Assembly (NCBI RefSeq): GCF_963921235.1
Contig: NC_086103.1
Coordinates: forward strand, 117,304,001-117,368,000
Length of the DNA: 64,000 nucleotides
Origin: Mobula hypostoma
Taxonomy: Eukaryota
Direction of reading: 5' to 3'
Part shown: positions 39,301 through 51,404 of the stretch, piece by piece
How positions within the stretch are numbered: position 1 is the first letter of the stretch
How the letters are laid out: the number at the start of each line of letters is the position of its first letter
Translations under genes and position numbers: made by a program
Notes under the pieces: generated by a model
Told to the model about the DNA's origin: nothing
What the model saw: only the letters and a program-made list of their open reading frames with translations
The model's database searches: none

Positions 39301-41700
39301 GCAACACAGGGGACGAAGAAGGAGAAGGCAGCACAGGGGACGAAGAAGGAGAAGGCAGCACAGGGGACGAAGAAGGAGAAGGCAGCACAGGGGACGGAGA
39401 AGGTGAAGCCAGCGCAGGGGACGGAGAAGGAGAAGGCAGCACAGGGGACGGAGAAGGAGAAGGCAGCGCAGGGGACGGAGAAGGAGAAGGCAGCGCAGGG
39501 GACGGAGAAGGAGAAGGCAGCGCAGGGGACGGAGAAGGAGAAGGCAGCGCAGGGGACGGAGAAGGAGAAGGCAACGCAGGGGACGAAGAAGGAGAAGGCA
39601 GCACAGGGGACGAAGAAGGAGAAGGCAGCACAGGGGACGGAGAAGGAGAAGGCAGCACAGGGGACGGAGAAGGAGAAGCCAGCGCAGGGGACGGAGAAGG
39701 AGAAGGCAGCGCAGGGGACGGAGAAGGAGAAGGCAGCGCAGGGGACAGAGAAGGAGAAGGCAGCACAGGGGACAGAGAAGGAGAAGGCAGCACAGGGGAC
39801 AGAGAAGGAGAAGGCAACACAGGGGACGGAGAAGGTGAAGCCAACGCAGGGGACGGAGAAGGTGAAGCCAGCGCAGGGGGCGGAGAAGGTGAAGGCAGCG
39901 CAGGGGACGGAGAAGGTGAAGGCAGCGCAGGGGGCGGAGAAGGTGAAGGCAGCACAGGGGACGGAGAAGGTGAAGCCAGCGCAGGGGACGGAGAAGGAGA
40001 AGGCAGCACAGGGGACGGAGAAGGAGAAGGCAGCACAGGGGACGGAGAAGGAGAAGGCAGCACAGGGGACGGAGAAGGTGAAGGCAGCACAGGGGACGGA
40101 GAAGGAGAAGGCAGCGCAGGGGACGGAGAAGGAGAAGGCAGCACAGGGGACGGAGAAGGAGAAGGCAGCGCAGGGGACGGAGAAGGAGAAGGCAGCGCAG
40201 GGGACGGAGAAGGTGAAGGCAGCGCAGGGGACGGAGAAGGTGAAGACAGTGCAGGGGACGGAGAAGGTGAAGCCAGCGCAGGGGACGGAGAAGGAGAAGG
40301 CAACACAGGGGACGGAGAAGGTGAAGCCAGCGCAGGGGGCGGAGAAGGTGAAGGCAGCGCAGGGGACGGAGAAGGTGAAGGCAGCACAGGGGACGGAGAA
40401 GGAGAAGGCAGCACAGGGGACGGAGAAGGAGAAGGCAGCACAGGGGACGGAGAAGGAGAAGGCAGCGCAGGGGACAGAGAAGGAGAAGGCAGCACAGGGG
40501 ACGGAGAAGGTGAAGGCAGCGCAGGGGACGGAGAAGGTGAAGCCAGCGCAGGGGACGGAGAAGGAGAAGGCAACACAGGGGACGGAGAAGGTGAAGGCAA
40601 CACAGGGGACGGAGAAGGAGAAGGCAACACAGGGGACGGAGAAGGAGAAGGCAGCGCAGGGGAAGGAGAAGGAGAAGACAGTGCAGGGGACGGAGAAGGA
40701 GAAGGCAGCACAGGGGACGGAGAAGGAGAAGGCAACACAGGGGACGGAGAAGGTGAAGGCAGCACAGGGGACGGAGAAGGTGAAGACAGCGCAGGGGACG
40801 GAGAAGGAGAAGGCAACACAGGGGACGGAGAAGGTGAAGGCAGCACAGGGGACGGAGAAGGAGAAGGCAGCGCAGGGGACGGAGAAGGAGAAGACAGTGC
40901 AGTGGACGGAGAAGGAGAAGGCAACACAGGGGACGGAGAAGGAGAAGGCAACACAGGGGACGGATAAGGTGAAGCCAGTGCAGGGGACGGAGGAGGTGAA
41001 GGCAGCAGAAGGACCAGAGAAGGAGAAACTGGCAGACGGCCGGGAGGAGGAAGAGCTGGTGGTCATCTGGGAGAAGGAGAAGCCTCAGTTGGCTGGGGAG
41101 AAGGTGAGGCCAGCGGATGGGTTGGAGAAGATTTGGAGGAGCTAACCTGGGTGCAGACCATGTTGCTGCTGTCTGCTATTCAAAGACATTGGAGTTGGTG
41201 TGCAAAAGCAGCTTGCAGTGTAATGGTGGAGTGACTGTCTTGAAAGTGTCTCTTGTGTTCGCAAGACCAGGTTGGACATTGATGACGTGAAATGTGGTAG
41301 GCCTGTTTCCCTTGTTTGGTGGTGAGACAGGTGATGAGGCAGCAGCATGGTCTCAGTTGTAGCAAGGACTAGGCCTCAAGCAGGCTTGCCTGCTGCTGCA
41401 GTCCAAGTGAGACAACACTGGAGTCAGTGTAGTGTGGAGTCCATGCTTGGTTGGGAGCTGGCCACTCCCATCAGTGCTGCCCTCCAGTGTTCAACCGGTG
41501 GAATGACAGGCTAGATCTACCAGCTATTTGCATGTCGCTTGGGAACTTGGACTACACATGGGTTTTCCTGTGTAACAATGTGTGTGTTTTTTTTCTCTCT
41601 CACTATTTTGAATGTGTATTATGCACCTTGGCCTCAGAGGAACGCTGGCCCATTCAACTGTATACATGTATGGTTTGAATGATAATTAGACTTGATTTGA
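36397..41700 (+). mobile_element. Non-autonomous interspersed repeat hosting the minisatellite
   Basis: Starts AAGATGGCAGCG and ends in a Rex-like tail (gaatgataattagacttgatttga); architecture resembles 55661-56330. Confidence 0.5.
36596..41130 (+). repeat. 27-bp purine-rich minisatellite, roughly 165 units (GCAGGGGACGGAGAAGG[T/A]GAAGGCAGC)
   Basis: Direct 27-bp periodicity with some 26-bp units and degenerate units at both edges. Confidence 0.98.
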
Positions 41701-42961
41701 TAAATTTGTGCATGCAATATCTGAATTTTCCCATGATTGTTTCTCCGATTATAAATGAATGAAAGGATATGCACATAAAAGTTAAAGTAGATCTTTGCTT
41801 CCCACAAAACAAGGCTATTTTTGCTTCTGCTCAACTAATAGACAGCTGTTGCTCTTCTAAATTGGCATATATACCCATGAGAAAAGGTGGCCTTCAATGT
41901 GCTGTTGGCTGTTTATTGTAGAATGTTTATCAACTGCCCACCAGTAGTTCATCATAATAATCCAGACTAAGAAACACAATCTACCCAGATCTACTGTATA
42001 TAGAAAAAGCAATCCAAGTTAAAAGAAACTGGGTGAGAAATTGGTTCATGGTCCTTTAACCAACTAAAACAGCAGTAAGAGCAGGAGCTTCAATAGAAAG
42101 CTTTGCAGCATTTTCAGCGTTCTCTGGATTGAGTTGTCTTGAAATTGACCTTGTCCATTTCTATGAAGCATTCTCTGCTGGTATTTAGCCCAGCAGGTGC
42201 ATTCTCTGCACATAGATCTCAAAGTAATAAACAATAATAAATCAACATCTGTCCAACTATGGGGTGTTATGTTATTAAATGAACGGATGCTCCAGTAAGG
42301 GGCAGGCTGGATGGATGTGAGCAGATTGGTAAAGAACACAGTAGACATACCGTATTTGTGTCAAACAGCCACGTGAAGACCCTTCAGGACCATGACCAAG
42401 TGCTCCAGTGAGTGGGTTTCTGCTAAAAGCTCAACTAGTAAAGTTGCTTCAAAAATTCTTCATTTGTATTCCATACTCTTTGCAATAAAGGCCAATACTC
42501 CCCTTTGTACTCCTGCCTCATTATCCCAATGAAATTGCAAAGGCTTTACTATCCTCCCACTGGACTTCAGAGAATGGAATTAGCAGTAGGTCAGTTAACC
42601 TGAACTCTTCCATTGAGTAAGGATGTCGAGTCAGAAGTTCACCTTGAGCCTTTTGCAAAGTTGCATGAATAATCTTTGACATTTATTATATAACTAATTG
42701 ACCATACGCTTCCTTGGAATTATTCCAAAACTATCATCATAAATCCTCATAAAAGTGAGATAAAACCCTACACAAATAGAGGTTTTTACTTCTAGTCAAA
42801 CTATAGAGATACAGGAACAACTGAGAGGAGATTGTTGGTCACAATTACACAATTTTCAAAAACTATCACTGTCAAAGCATTCCAACATTTTATTTTCACC
42901 TGCAGCAAACAATATTTGAAACTGTGATTAAATGTTGCCAAAAAAGACATAATCAACTTAC

Positions 42962-43057
42962 ATCAAACCTCAAGGATGTAAACTGTTCTTCATACTTCTG
43001 TATCATTAGCGTATGGGAGTTTTCAACATCTTGTAACTGCTGACGAAGCTCATCTAC
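42962..43057 (-). CDS. DEUP1: DEUP1-like coding exon (96 nt, phase 0 to 0): VDELRQQLQDVENSHTLMIQKYEEQFTSLRFD
   Basis: Acceptor ttgttttgtAG, donor GTAAGT; 32 aa collinear with recalled VGLLRQKLDSLEKCNLAMTQNYEGQLQSLKAQ. Confidence 0.88.
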
Positions 43058-45264
43058 CTACAAAACAATGATGCATAGATGTCTACTACTTACTTCAATG
43101 AAAAATAAGATGGTAAAATCCAGATAAAGGACCAACCCCTGTCAACAACAAGAACTTTCAATTCCTTAAGGCTTGTGTCCAGCATTTTAAAAAATGCTCA
43201 AAGCAAATTTTGAAATCTGACAATAATGTCAAACCATGGTATAAAGAAGATAAAAATACATAATTTTGAAAAATATATCAATTAAGATTTGCCAAAAATG
43301 TTTTATTAGTTCATGTATCCTTTACTAACATCATCGACACTTAGAATATTATGATTAGCACTGTTGAGTGTTTAACATAATGATCATGATTATTGGAGCA
43401 TTAATTAAAAAAGAAGTTAATTGCAGTTTTATACCCATTGCTAAAAAGAACATAAATATTTTTGATTATTGACAAAGGAAAAAGTTTGATTTTTGAGAGG
43501 AAGTGGGGAGAAAGTGAAGGGGAATGTTGTGGGGAGGTGCAAAGAATGTAAATGCGATGAGTCAGCCAAAGGAAGAAGAACACGGTGGTGCAGAAAAGTG
43601 AATGAGACAGAGAGAAAGATGTATAGAGAAAGGAAGAGATTTAGTGAAGGCCTGTTCTAAACAGAATTAGCTCTTTTATGTGAAAACTTGAGGCTTGATT
43701 ACGTTCACTGTGTGCTCTTGAGCCAATGACTAATTGTAGTGCTCTTCTTTACTGGACAAGAATCAGGGTACTTCATACTCAAAAAGCTTCAGTTGCCATC
43801 AGCCCATTGCTTATTAGATTAGCGACCAGTTCCATAATTCCGTGCGGAAAAGATGCTTTTCTGATTTTACTCTGAAATGGCCTAGCACTAATCTTAAACT
43901 GAGATCTGTTCAGTCCTGGTTTCCTTAAGGGAAAGTATTCTTTCTATTTATGTGCTTCTGATATTTGACAAATGTTAGCTATGCTAATCTGATTTGCACT
44001 AATTCTACATTAAGCAAAGAATATAGGATACATTTATGAAATGTACCTTGGAATTTAAATCTTTTAATATCAGCATCATTTTGGTGAAAATACTTGGAAT
44101 TAATTATTCCTGAAATGCAGAGCGAATGAATGAAGTATTCAAGCAGGGGTTTCATAAAAATTATAAAGAGAAAATTTGAAATCTGATAGCATATTCCACC
44201 TTCCAAAATATTAAAGAAATTGTTGGGTACTTTTGAGTCCATTACAGCCGAAATTATAATATGGAACAAAGGAATGAAATGGACAATAAATGTTTTATGT
44301 CTTTTTTTTCACTAGGTGACAAAATCTTCTGAAAATAAAAACGAACCAAGAATGGAAAATTAATGAGTGGAATAATGGACAGAACTAAAACTTAACATTT
44401 CCCTTAGAAATGATGAAACATATACTTGGTTTGAAGAAGTTACTAGAGAAATAGGTATTTTAATTTTCCCAATTCTTTAGTGTAGTCCTCGTTCATTGAG
44501 AGCAAAGTGCATAATATGGTGAGACTTATGTTGCGCTGTTAAATGACACACTGGTGTGGAGAGTTCACTGCTTTCACTAAATGATGCTTGGTAGATATTA
44601 TCCGCCTTAATAAAAAGGAACACTAAGGACGTTACAAACACTACATCTAGATTCTAGAAGAGTTCTAGTCATTAATGGTAACAAATTGATGTGGGCTTCG
44701 CAGGGTGAGCCAGCTCTTAACTGCCCATCCCTAGTTGCCCTGGGAAGATGGTGATGAGCTGTCTTCTTGAACAGCTACAGTTCTTGGGGTGTGAGTATAC
44801 TTCCTGTTGTCTTGGTAAAGCAGCTAACACAATCAAAGCCCAACTCACTGTGGACATTCCCTCTTCTCCCCCTTCCCATCAGGCAGAAGATACAAAAGCC
44901 TGACAACAGGTAGCACCAGACTCAAGATGGGCTTCTACCCTGCTCTGATAAGAAATTTGAACAGTTCCCTTCTACGATAAGATGAACTCTTCACCTGACA
45001 ATCAACCTCATTATGGCCTTGCATCTTAATGTCTACCTGCACTGATTTTCTTTGTAACTAACACTTTGTTCTGCTCTCTGTTACTGCTTTTTACCACGTA
45101 CTACCTCAATACACTGTGGAAATGAATTGATCCGTGTGGGCAGTATGCAAGGAAAGTTTTTCACTATACCACAATATATGTGACATTAATAAAGCCAATT
45201 GACTCAGAATTATGTTAGGGAGAGAGTTCCAGAATTTGACCCAGTGTTGGTGAAGGAACTGCAA

Positions 45265-45742
45265 TATACACTCATTGGTATCTAATAAAGAGGCCATTAA
45301 ATGTACGTTCGTGGTCTTTTGCTGCTGTAGCCCATCTGCTTCAAGGTTCTTCTGCATACTACCATTGTAACACATGGTTATCTGAGTTACATTCATCTTC
45401 CTCTCAGCTCTAGACATTCTCCTCTGACCTCTCTCATTAACAAGCTGCTTTTATCCACTGAACCAACTGGATGCTTTTTTTTTGTTTTTCACATCATTCT
45501 CGGTAAACTCTAGAGACTGTTGTGCATGAAAACCCCAGGAGATCAGCAGTTTCTGAGGTACTCGAGCTACCCTGTCTGGCACTAACAATCATTCCATAGT
45601 CAGAGATCACATTTCTTCCCCATTCTGATTGAACAACTAAACCTCTCGACCATGTCTGCATTGACTTGCTGCCACGTGATTGGCTGATTAGATACTTGGA
45701 TTAATGAGCAGAAGTATAGGTGTTCCTAATAAAGTGGCCAGC
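45265..45742 (-). mobile_element. Tc1-derived non-autonomous element
   Basis: TGGCCACTTTATTAGG-type ends; same family as 31588-35553. Confidence 0.75.
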
Positions 45743-46769
45743 AAAAGCATTTTTGTGTCAGTCAGGATGGCGTGTGGCTTGGAGGAAAACTTCCAAGTGA
45801 TGAACGCCCATGCTTTTGCTATCTTTGTCTTCCGGCTGATAGAGGCAGGTGCTGATTAAGAAGTCTTGGTGAGTTGCTGCAGAGCATTCTATAGATGCTG
45901 CGAGCTGAGGCAACTATATATTAGTGGTGAACTGAGCAGACGATTGTGGATGGTGTACCTGTCAGTCTGGCTACTGTGTCCCGTATGGTGTGAAGCTCCT
46001 TTAGTGCTGTTGATGCTGTACTCATCCAAGCAAGTAGAAGTATTTCATCACACTTCCGACTTGAGCATTGTAGATGGTAATTTAGGAGGTGAGTTACTTA
46101 CTGCAGGATTCCTAATCTCTGAACTGCTTTTATCACACATTATCTAGGTAGCTACCGCCCCCCCCAGGATATTATTGATAGTGGGGAGTTTAGTGGTTAT
46201 TGAATATTAGAGGTTATAGCTGGATTTTCTCTTGTTGGATATTGTCATTTCCCAGCAAATATTTGTCATGCATATCCCGCCTGGATATCATCAAGAGCTT
46301 GCTGCTTTTGGATGTGGACTGCTTCTTCATCTGAGAATCATGAATGGCATTGAACATTGTGTAATCTTCAGTGAGTATTCTTATTCCTGAACTTACGACT
46401 GAAGGAAGGTCATTGACAAAGCAACCGAAGGTGATTGGGCTGAGGAACTCCTGAAGAGATGTCCTGTGGATGACGTGATTGACTCCCAAACACGGCAACT
46501 ATCTTGCTTTTTGCCAGGTATGATTCCAACTGGTGGTTTCTCCCATGCTTCTCCTGCTTGGTTAGGGTTCTTTGGTGCTATTGCTCAATCAAGTGTCGTC
46601 TTGGTGTCAAGGGCAGTTGCTTTCACCTCACTGCTGGAGTTTAGTTTTTTTTTATCCATGTTTGAAATTGGATTGTAATGAGGTCAGGAGCTTATTGATT
46701 TTGATGGAACCAAATTGAGCTTCTGCGAGGAAGTTGTTGCTAAGCAAATGCCACTTAGTAGCACTTAGT

Positions 46770-47212
46770 AGCAACTGTCCCGTATTGGACCGCAAAGCAC
46801 TCCAGCCTTTGGTGAAAACTGCCCAGCGGATTATCGGCACCCAGTTGCCCACCATTGAGAACATCTGCCATAAATGCTGCCTGGGCAGAGCGAAAAGCAT
46901 TATCAAGGATGCACCTCACCCTAACCATAGACTTTTTACTCTCCTCCCATCTGGTAGGTGCTACAGGAGCCTCTGTTCCCGCACCAGCAGGCACAGGAAG
47001 AGCTTCTTCCCCTGAGGCTGTGACCCTGCTGAACCTCATATCACAGCGCTAAGCAGTATTGCACCCATATTGTACTCAGCACTTACTTTTTATTTGCAGT
47101 TATTTTGTAAATAACACTATTCTTTGCATTTCTGGTTCGATGCTAACTGCATTTCACTGGCTTTGTAACTGTACTCAGCACAATGACAATAAAGTTGAAT
47201 CTAATCTAATCA
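46770..47212 (+). mobile_element. Rex1/Babar LINE 3' end
   Basis: DRKALQ..VKTAQRIIG...SIIKDAPHP..LFTLLPSGR; (AATCT)n tail. Confidence 0.85.
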
Positions 47213-47469
47213 AATCTATTGATTACCCCTCCCCTCACTTCACTGATCATCAATAGTAGACTAGTGAGATGGTAATTGGCCGGATTGGATGTATCTTATT
47301 TTTTGCCGACAGGACATAACTGGGCAATTTTCCACATTGTCGGCTAGGCACCTGCATTGTACAAAGGGCATGGCAAGTTCTAGAATGTAAGCCTTCAGTA
47401 CTCCTGCCAGAATGGTGTCTTGCTGTGATACTGAAGGGGAGTGCTTTGAGGTGACAAAACAATCCAGGA

Positions 47470-47915
47470 AAGGAGAGGGTTAACGTGTGAGGAGCATTTG
47501 ATGGCTCTAGGCCCGTACTCACTGGAATTTAGAAGAATAAGGGGGATGTCATTGAAACCGCTCGAATATTAGAAAATAAGGCTTAGATAGAGTGGATGTG
47601 GAGGGTAGTTTTCCTCTAGTGAGGGACCAGAGGGCACAGCCTCAGAGTACAAGGAAGTCCCTTTAGAAGAGAGATGAGAAGGAATTTCTTTAGCCAGAGG
47701 GTAGTGAATCTGTTAAATTCATTGCCACAGATGGCAGTGGAAGCCAAGTCATTGGGTATACTTAGAGCCGAAGTTGATATTTCTTGATTACTCAGGGCAG
47801 CAAAGGTTATGGGGAGAAGGCAGAAGAATGGGGTTGAGATGGATGATAAATCGGCCATGGTGGGAGCAAAATCAATGGGCCAAATAGCCTAATTCTGCTC
47901 CTATGTCTTATGGTA
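47470..47915 (+). mobile_element. CR1 3' end
   Basis: LEFRRIRGDVIE...FSQRVVNL and CR1 3' UTR. Confidence 0.8.
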
Positions 47916-47984
47916 TTAAGGAGTGTGCAAAGACGCAAAGAGGGATTGAAGAAATAAGTCTTGACAAGTGACTCCTAGTGTGGC

Positions 47985-48380
47985 AGTGTTCAGGGCTGGG
48001 AGGAGTCAGAGTACCATGTGTACATAGAGTGTGAGATGTTGGAACCTCTGTTTGAATATCTGAAGGGGCTGCTCCTCAAGTTCTGGCTGCTCTTCAGCGC
48101 CACACTCCTGATCTATGATTTCCTGATCTGTGCCCAGTGCAGAGGAGAGCGGACTGCTCTGGAGATCTCCTGGGCCTGGCCAAGCTGGCCATTCACAGGC
48201 CCAGGCAGTGGGCAGTCGAGGGCTCTGCCCAAGCTGATGCCTGCCCCTCTTCCAGAGTTCCTTCTGTGCCTGTTGTCCCTGAAGAAGGGGTGCACTGTGA
48301 CCTTGGGTACGATGGGGGCACTTGCAGGAACGGTGAGCACCCATGTGGCTAAAGTGTGTTCTGGACAGAGAAGACCATGT
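47985..48380 (+). mobile_element. Tx1/L1-clade LINE ORF2 C-terminal fragment
   Basis: EES.YHVYIECE.L.PLFEYLKGLLLKFWL.FS.TLLIY...LLGLAKLAIHR. Confidence 0.65.
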
Positions 48381-50139
48381 TGTAATTTGAAACTCTAAAT
48401 CGTGTGCATCACGAAGTACTGTCATATAGTATTAAAGTGATTCTGTAGAGGCAGAAAGCACCATAGATCACTTCACTGTAGCAAGGAATATTCTAGAATT
48501 TATTAACGACATGATAAAGGGGCACCTGTGGGGGGAAAATAGTCATAATATGATTTTGTGGGTCCAACACTGAGCGGACTGACAAATTTATTCAACATTT
48601 CTTTTGAAGCTTTAATAAGCAGGCTAAATAAAGGAGAATAAATGAATGTAATATATTTGGATTTTAAGAAACCATGCTCAGAGATTGTTTAAAGAGGGTT
48701 AAGCAAGGTATTTGGGATAATATTAGCATAATTTATTAGGAATCAAAAATGGGTGATTTTTGTATTAAGCACTATTGACATACACAAAGGTGTCTAATTA
48801 ACGTCTGGCTTAACTTGCATAATATATTTTCTTTAAATTGTGCATGCAAACAGAGCCACTCTGCTGAAAAGAGTATTTAACAGTATCTGCATAAATTACA
48901 GATGGCATGCCTGGTAGGCCCCACACAGGCTCTGAAAACCTGATACAAGTACTTCTGTAATGCTGAATCCTTCAGCTACAAGTCCGCAAACAAGATTCAG
49001 TCACCTGATGTGAATAACTTGATAAATGGACTTCCAGAAGTGCGCACCGGTGTTTATATCGTAATGCATTAGTGTGATCACACCTGGAGAACTGTATATT
49101 TCTGTGCTGTTGAAATAATGTAGTTGGCTTCCGATAGAATTCGTCAAAGCTTCACAATGAATTCCTGGTATGAAAGTGGTGGAGAGTGAACAGGGATTGA
49201 ATAGAATGTGACAATGTTTTCTGAGAATGAAGCATAACCTTATTGAAGCATTTCTTAAAGAGCGTGCAGGATAGTTGTTGTGGCGTTGTTTCATCTGCCT
49301 TGAGTGTCTAGAACCAGGCATCACTCTCTGATTAAGAATAATGCATGAGACTGAAATGGTCAAGATATCTTTCACTCAAAGATGTGATTCTTTAACTTAT
49401 TTTTCCTGAGGGCTGTGGATGCTAAGATGATTCATATAGTCACACACAGAGAATAGGATTAGAGCAACTTTAGAGCATAAGAAATCAATGACAAAAGGAA
49501 AACTTTGAGATGTGCGTCTGTTGTAAAAATCAGGTGCAATCTTATTGACTGGCTAATAAACTGGGGCTAGAAAGCCTTTTGCTAAACTATGAATTGCTAT
49601 ACACTTGTTGAACTTAAAAGATTCAGTAGCATTCTGTGGAGAGGAAGCAGAGTTATAAATTAGGCAACATCTGTGGAGTGAGAAAGTAAAGGAACATCTC
49701 CGCTTCCATCTCAGCACTTGGTAGCTCTCAAGATGCAATATTAAATTCAACTATTTTAGGTAATGAATTTCCCTTGCTTGAGTCAGAGCTGGCTAATTCT
49801 TGTGAAAATTTATTCACTTTAACTGTTCCCTGCAATAACTGTCTAACCCCAGACTTCCTCCTTCATCCCTCCTCATTGAAATGGACAAAATTAAGTTCTT
49901 TTCTTTTCTTTGCAAAGTACATACCTCAACATTCCTGTGTGCTGCACTCATATCCAACTATATGCTGAAGGAACATCATTATAATTGCTAAATAAAGTAT
50001 TACGTTCTTCCAGTAACTTGCCTGGACTTGCAGTAAATTTGTTAGTCACATTCACAATCAACTTCATTTTGAATCGTCTTCTGCAGCTTGGTGACATTAT
50101 TTGTTGCTTTTCTTTTTTGACAGCATCATGAAAGGTTCT

Positions 50140-51404
50140 CTTTTGGCCCCTCCCACTTTCTCTAAACTCAAGGTGGAACCATGGGCCTCAGATGTGCTTG
50201 CTTTCTCACTGGTAATGCTCCCCAACTCTATCTGTGCTATATTGACGATTACGTTGGTGCTGCCTCATGCACCCATGCTGAGCTTGTCAATTTAATCAAC
50301 ATTGCCTCCAACTTCCACCTTGCCCTTAAGTTCACTTGGTCCATTTCTGACACTTCTCTCCCCTTTCTTGATCTTTCTATCTCCATCTCTGGAGACAAAC
50401 TGTCTACAGGTGTCTTTTATAAACCTACTGATTCCCATGGCTATCTTGACAATACCTGTTCCCACTCTATCTGCTGTAAAAATGCCGTTCCCTTTTCTCA
50501 GTTCCTTTGTCTTCACTGCATCTGCTCCCAGGATGAGGCTTTCCTTTCCAGAACATCAGAGATACCCTCTTTCTTCAAAGAACAGGGTTTCACTTCTCCC
50601 ACCATTGATCTGTCCTCACTTGCATTTCCTCCATTTCCCTGATATCCGCTCTCACCCCATCTTCCTGCCATCTTAACAGGGACAGATTTACTCTTGTTTT
50701 CACCTACCACCCCATGAGCCTCCACATCCAGTACATCATTCTTCATAACTTCCGTTATCTTCAACAGGATCCCACCACCAATCACATCTTTACCTCCCCC
50801 ACATTTTCTACTTTTCGCAGGGATAGCTCCCTCCATGAATCCCTTGTTCATTTATTCCTCCCCTCTAATCTCCCTCCTGGCACTTATCCCTGCAAGAGGA
50901 AGAAGTGCTACACCTGCCCATTCACCTCCACCCTCACTTCTGTTTAAGGCCCAAACAGTCCTTCCAGGTGAGGTAACATTTCACCTGTGAATCTGTTTTG
51001 GTTGGCCTCTGCATTCGGTGCTCCTGTTGCAGTCTCCTCTATATTGGTGAGACCCGATGTACATCGGGGGAAATGCACGTCGAGCAGCTTCACTTCATCC
51101 AAAAGAAGCAGGAATTCCCAGTGGCCAACTATTTCAATTCCAATCCGCATTCCTATTCCAACATATCAGTCCATGGCCACCTCCTCTGTCATGAAGAGGC
51201 CACTCTCAGGTTGGAGGAACAACACCTCGTACTCTGTCTGGGAGGCCTCCAACCTGATGATGTGAAAGTCAATTTCTCCAACTTCTAGTAGTTTTTACCC
51301 CTTCCGCTTTCCACTCCTCTCTCTTCTTCAGTTCCCCACCCTGGCTCCATTCTTGCCTCTTCTCATCTCCTCACTTACCTATCACCTCCCCCTGGTGCAC
51401 CTCC
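50140..51404 (+). mobile_element. Decayed Penelope-like element (RT and GIY-YIG)
   Basis: LYLCYIDDYVG, LKFTW, LPFLDL, YKPTDSH, LLYIGET. Confidence 0.88.

Noticed and set aside
36596-41130. Possible CRISPR-like array
   Set aside because: Contiguous tandem units without unique spacers, no cas genes, eukaryotic context
36533-41145. Very long ORFs (1440, 811, 751 and 378 aa) on both strands
   Set aside because: By-products of a stop-poor 27-bp repeat; frames switch at 26-bp units, most starts are non-ATG, and there is no domain or splice support
42064-42348. 94-aa minus-strand ORF near a DEUP1 exon
   Set aside because: No family similarity or convincing splice sites
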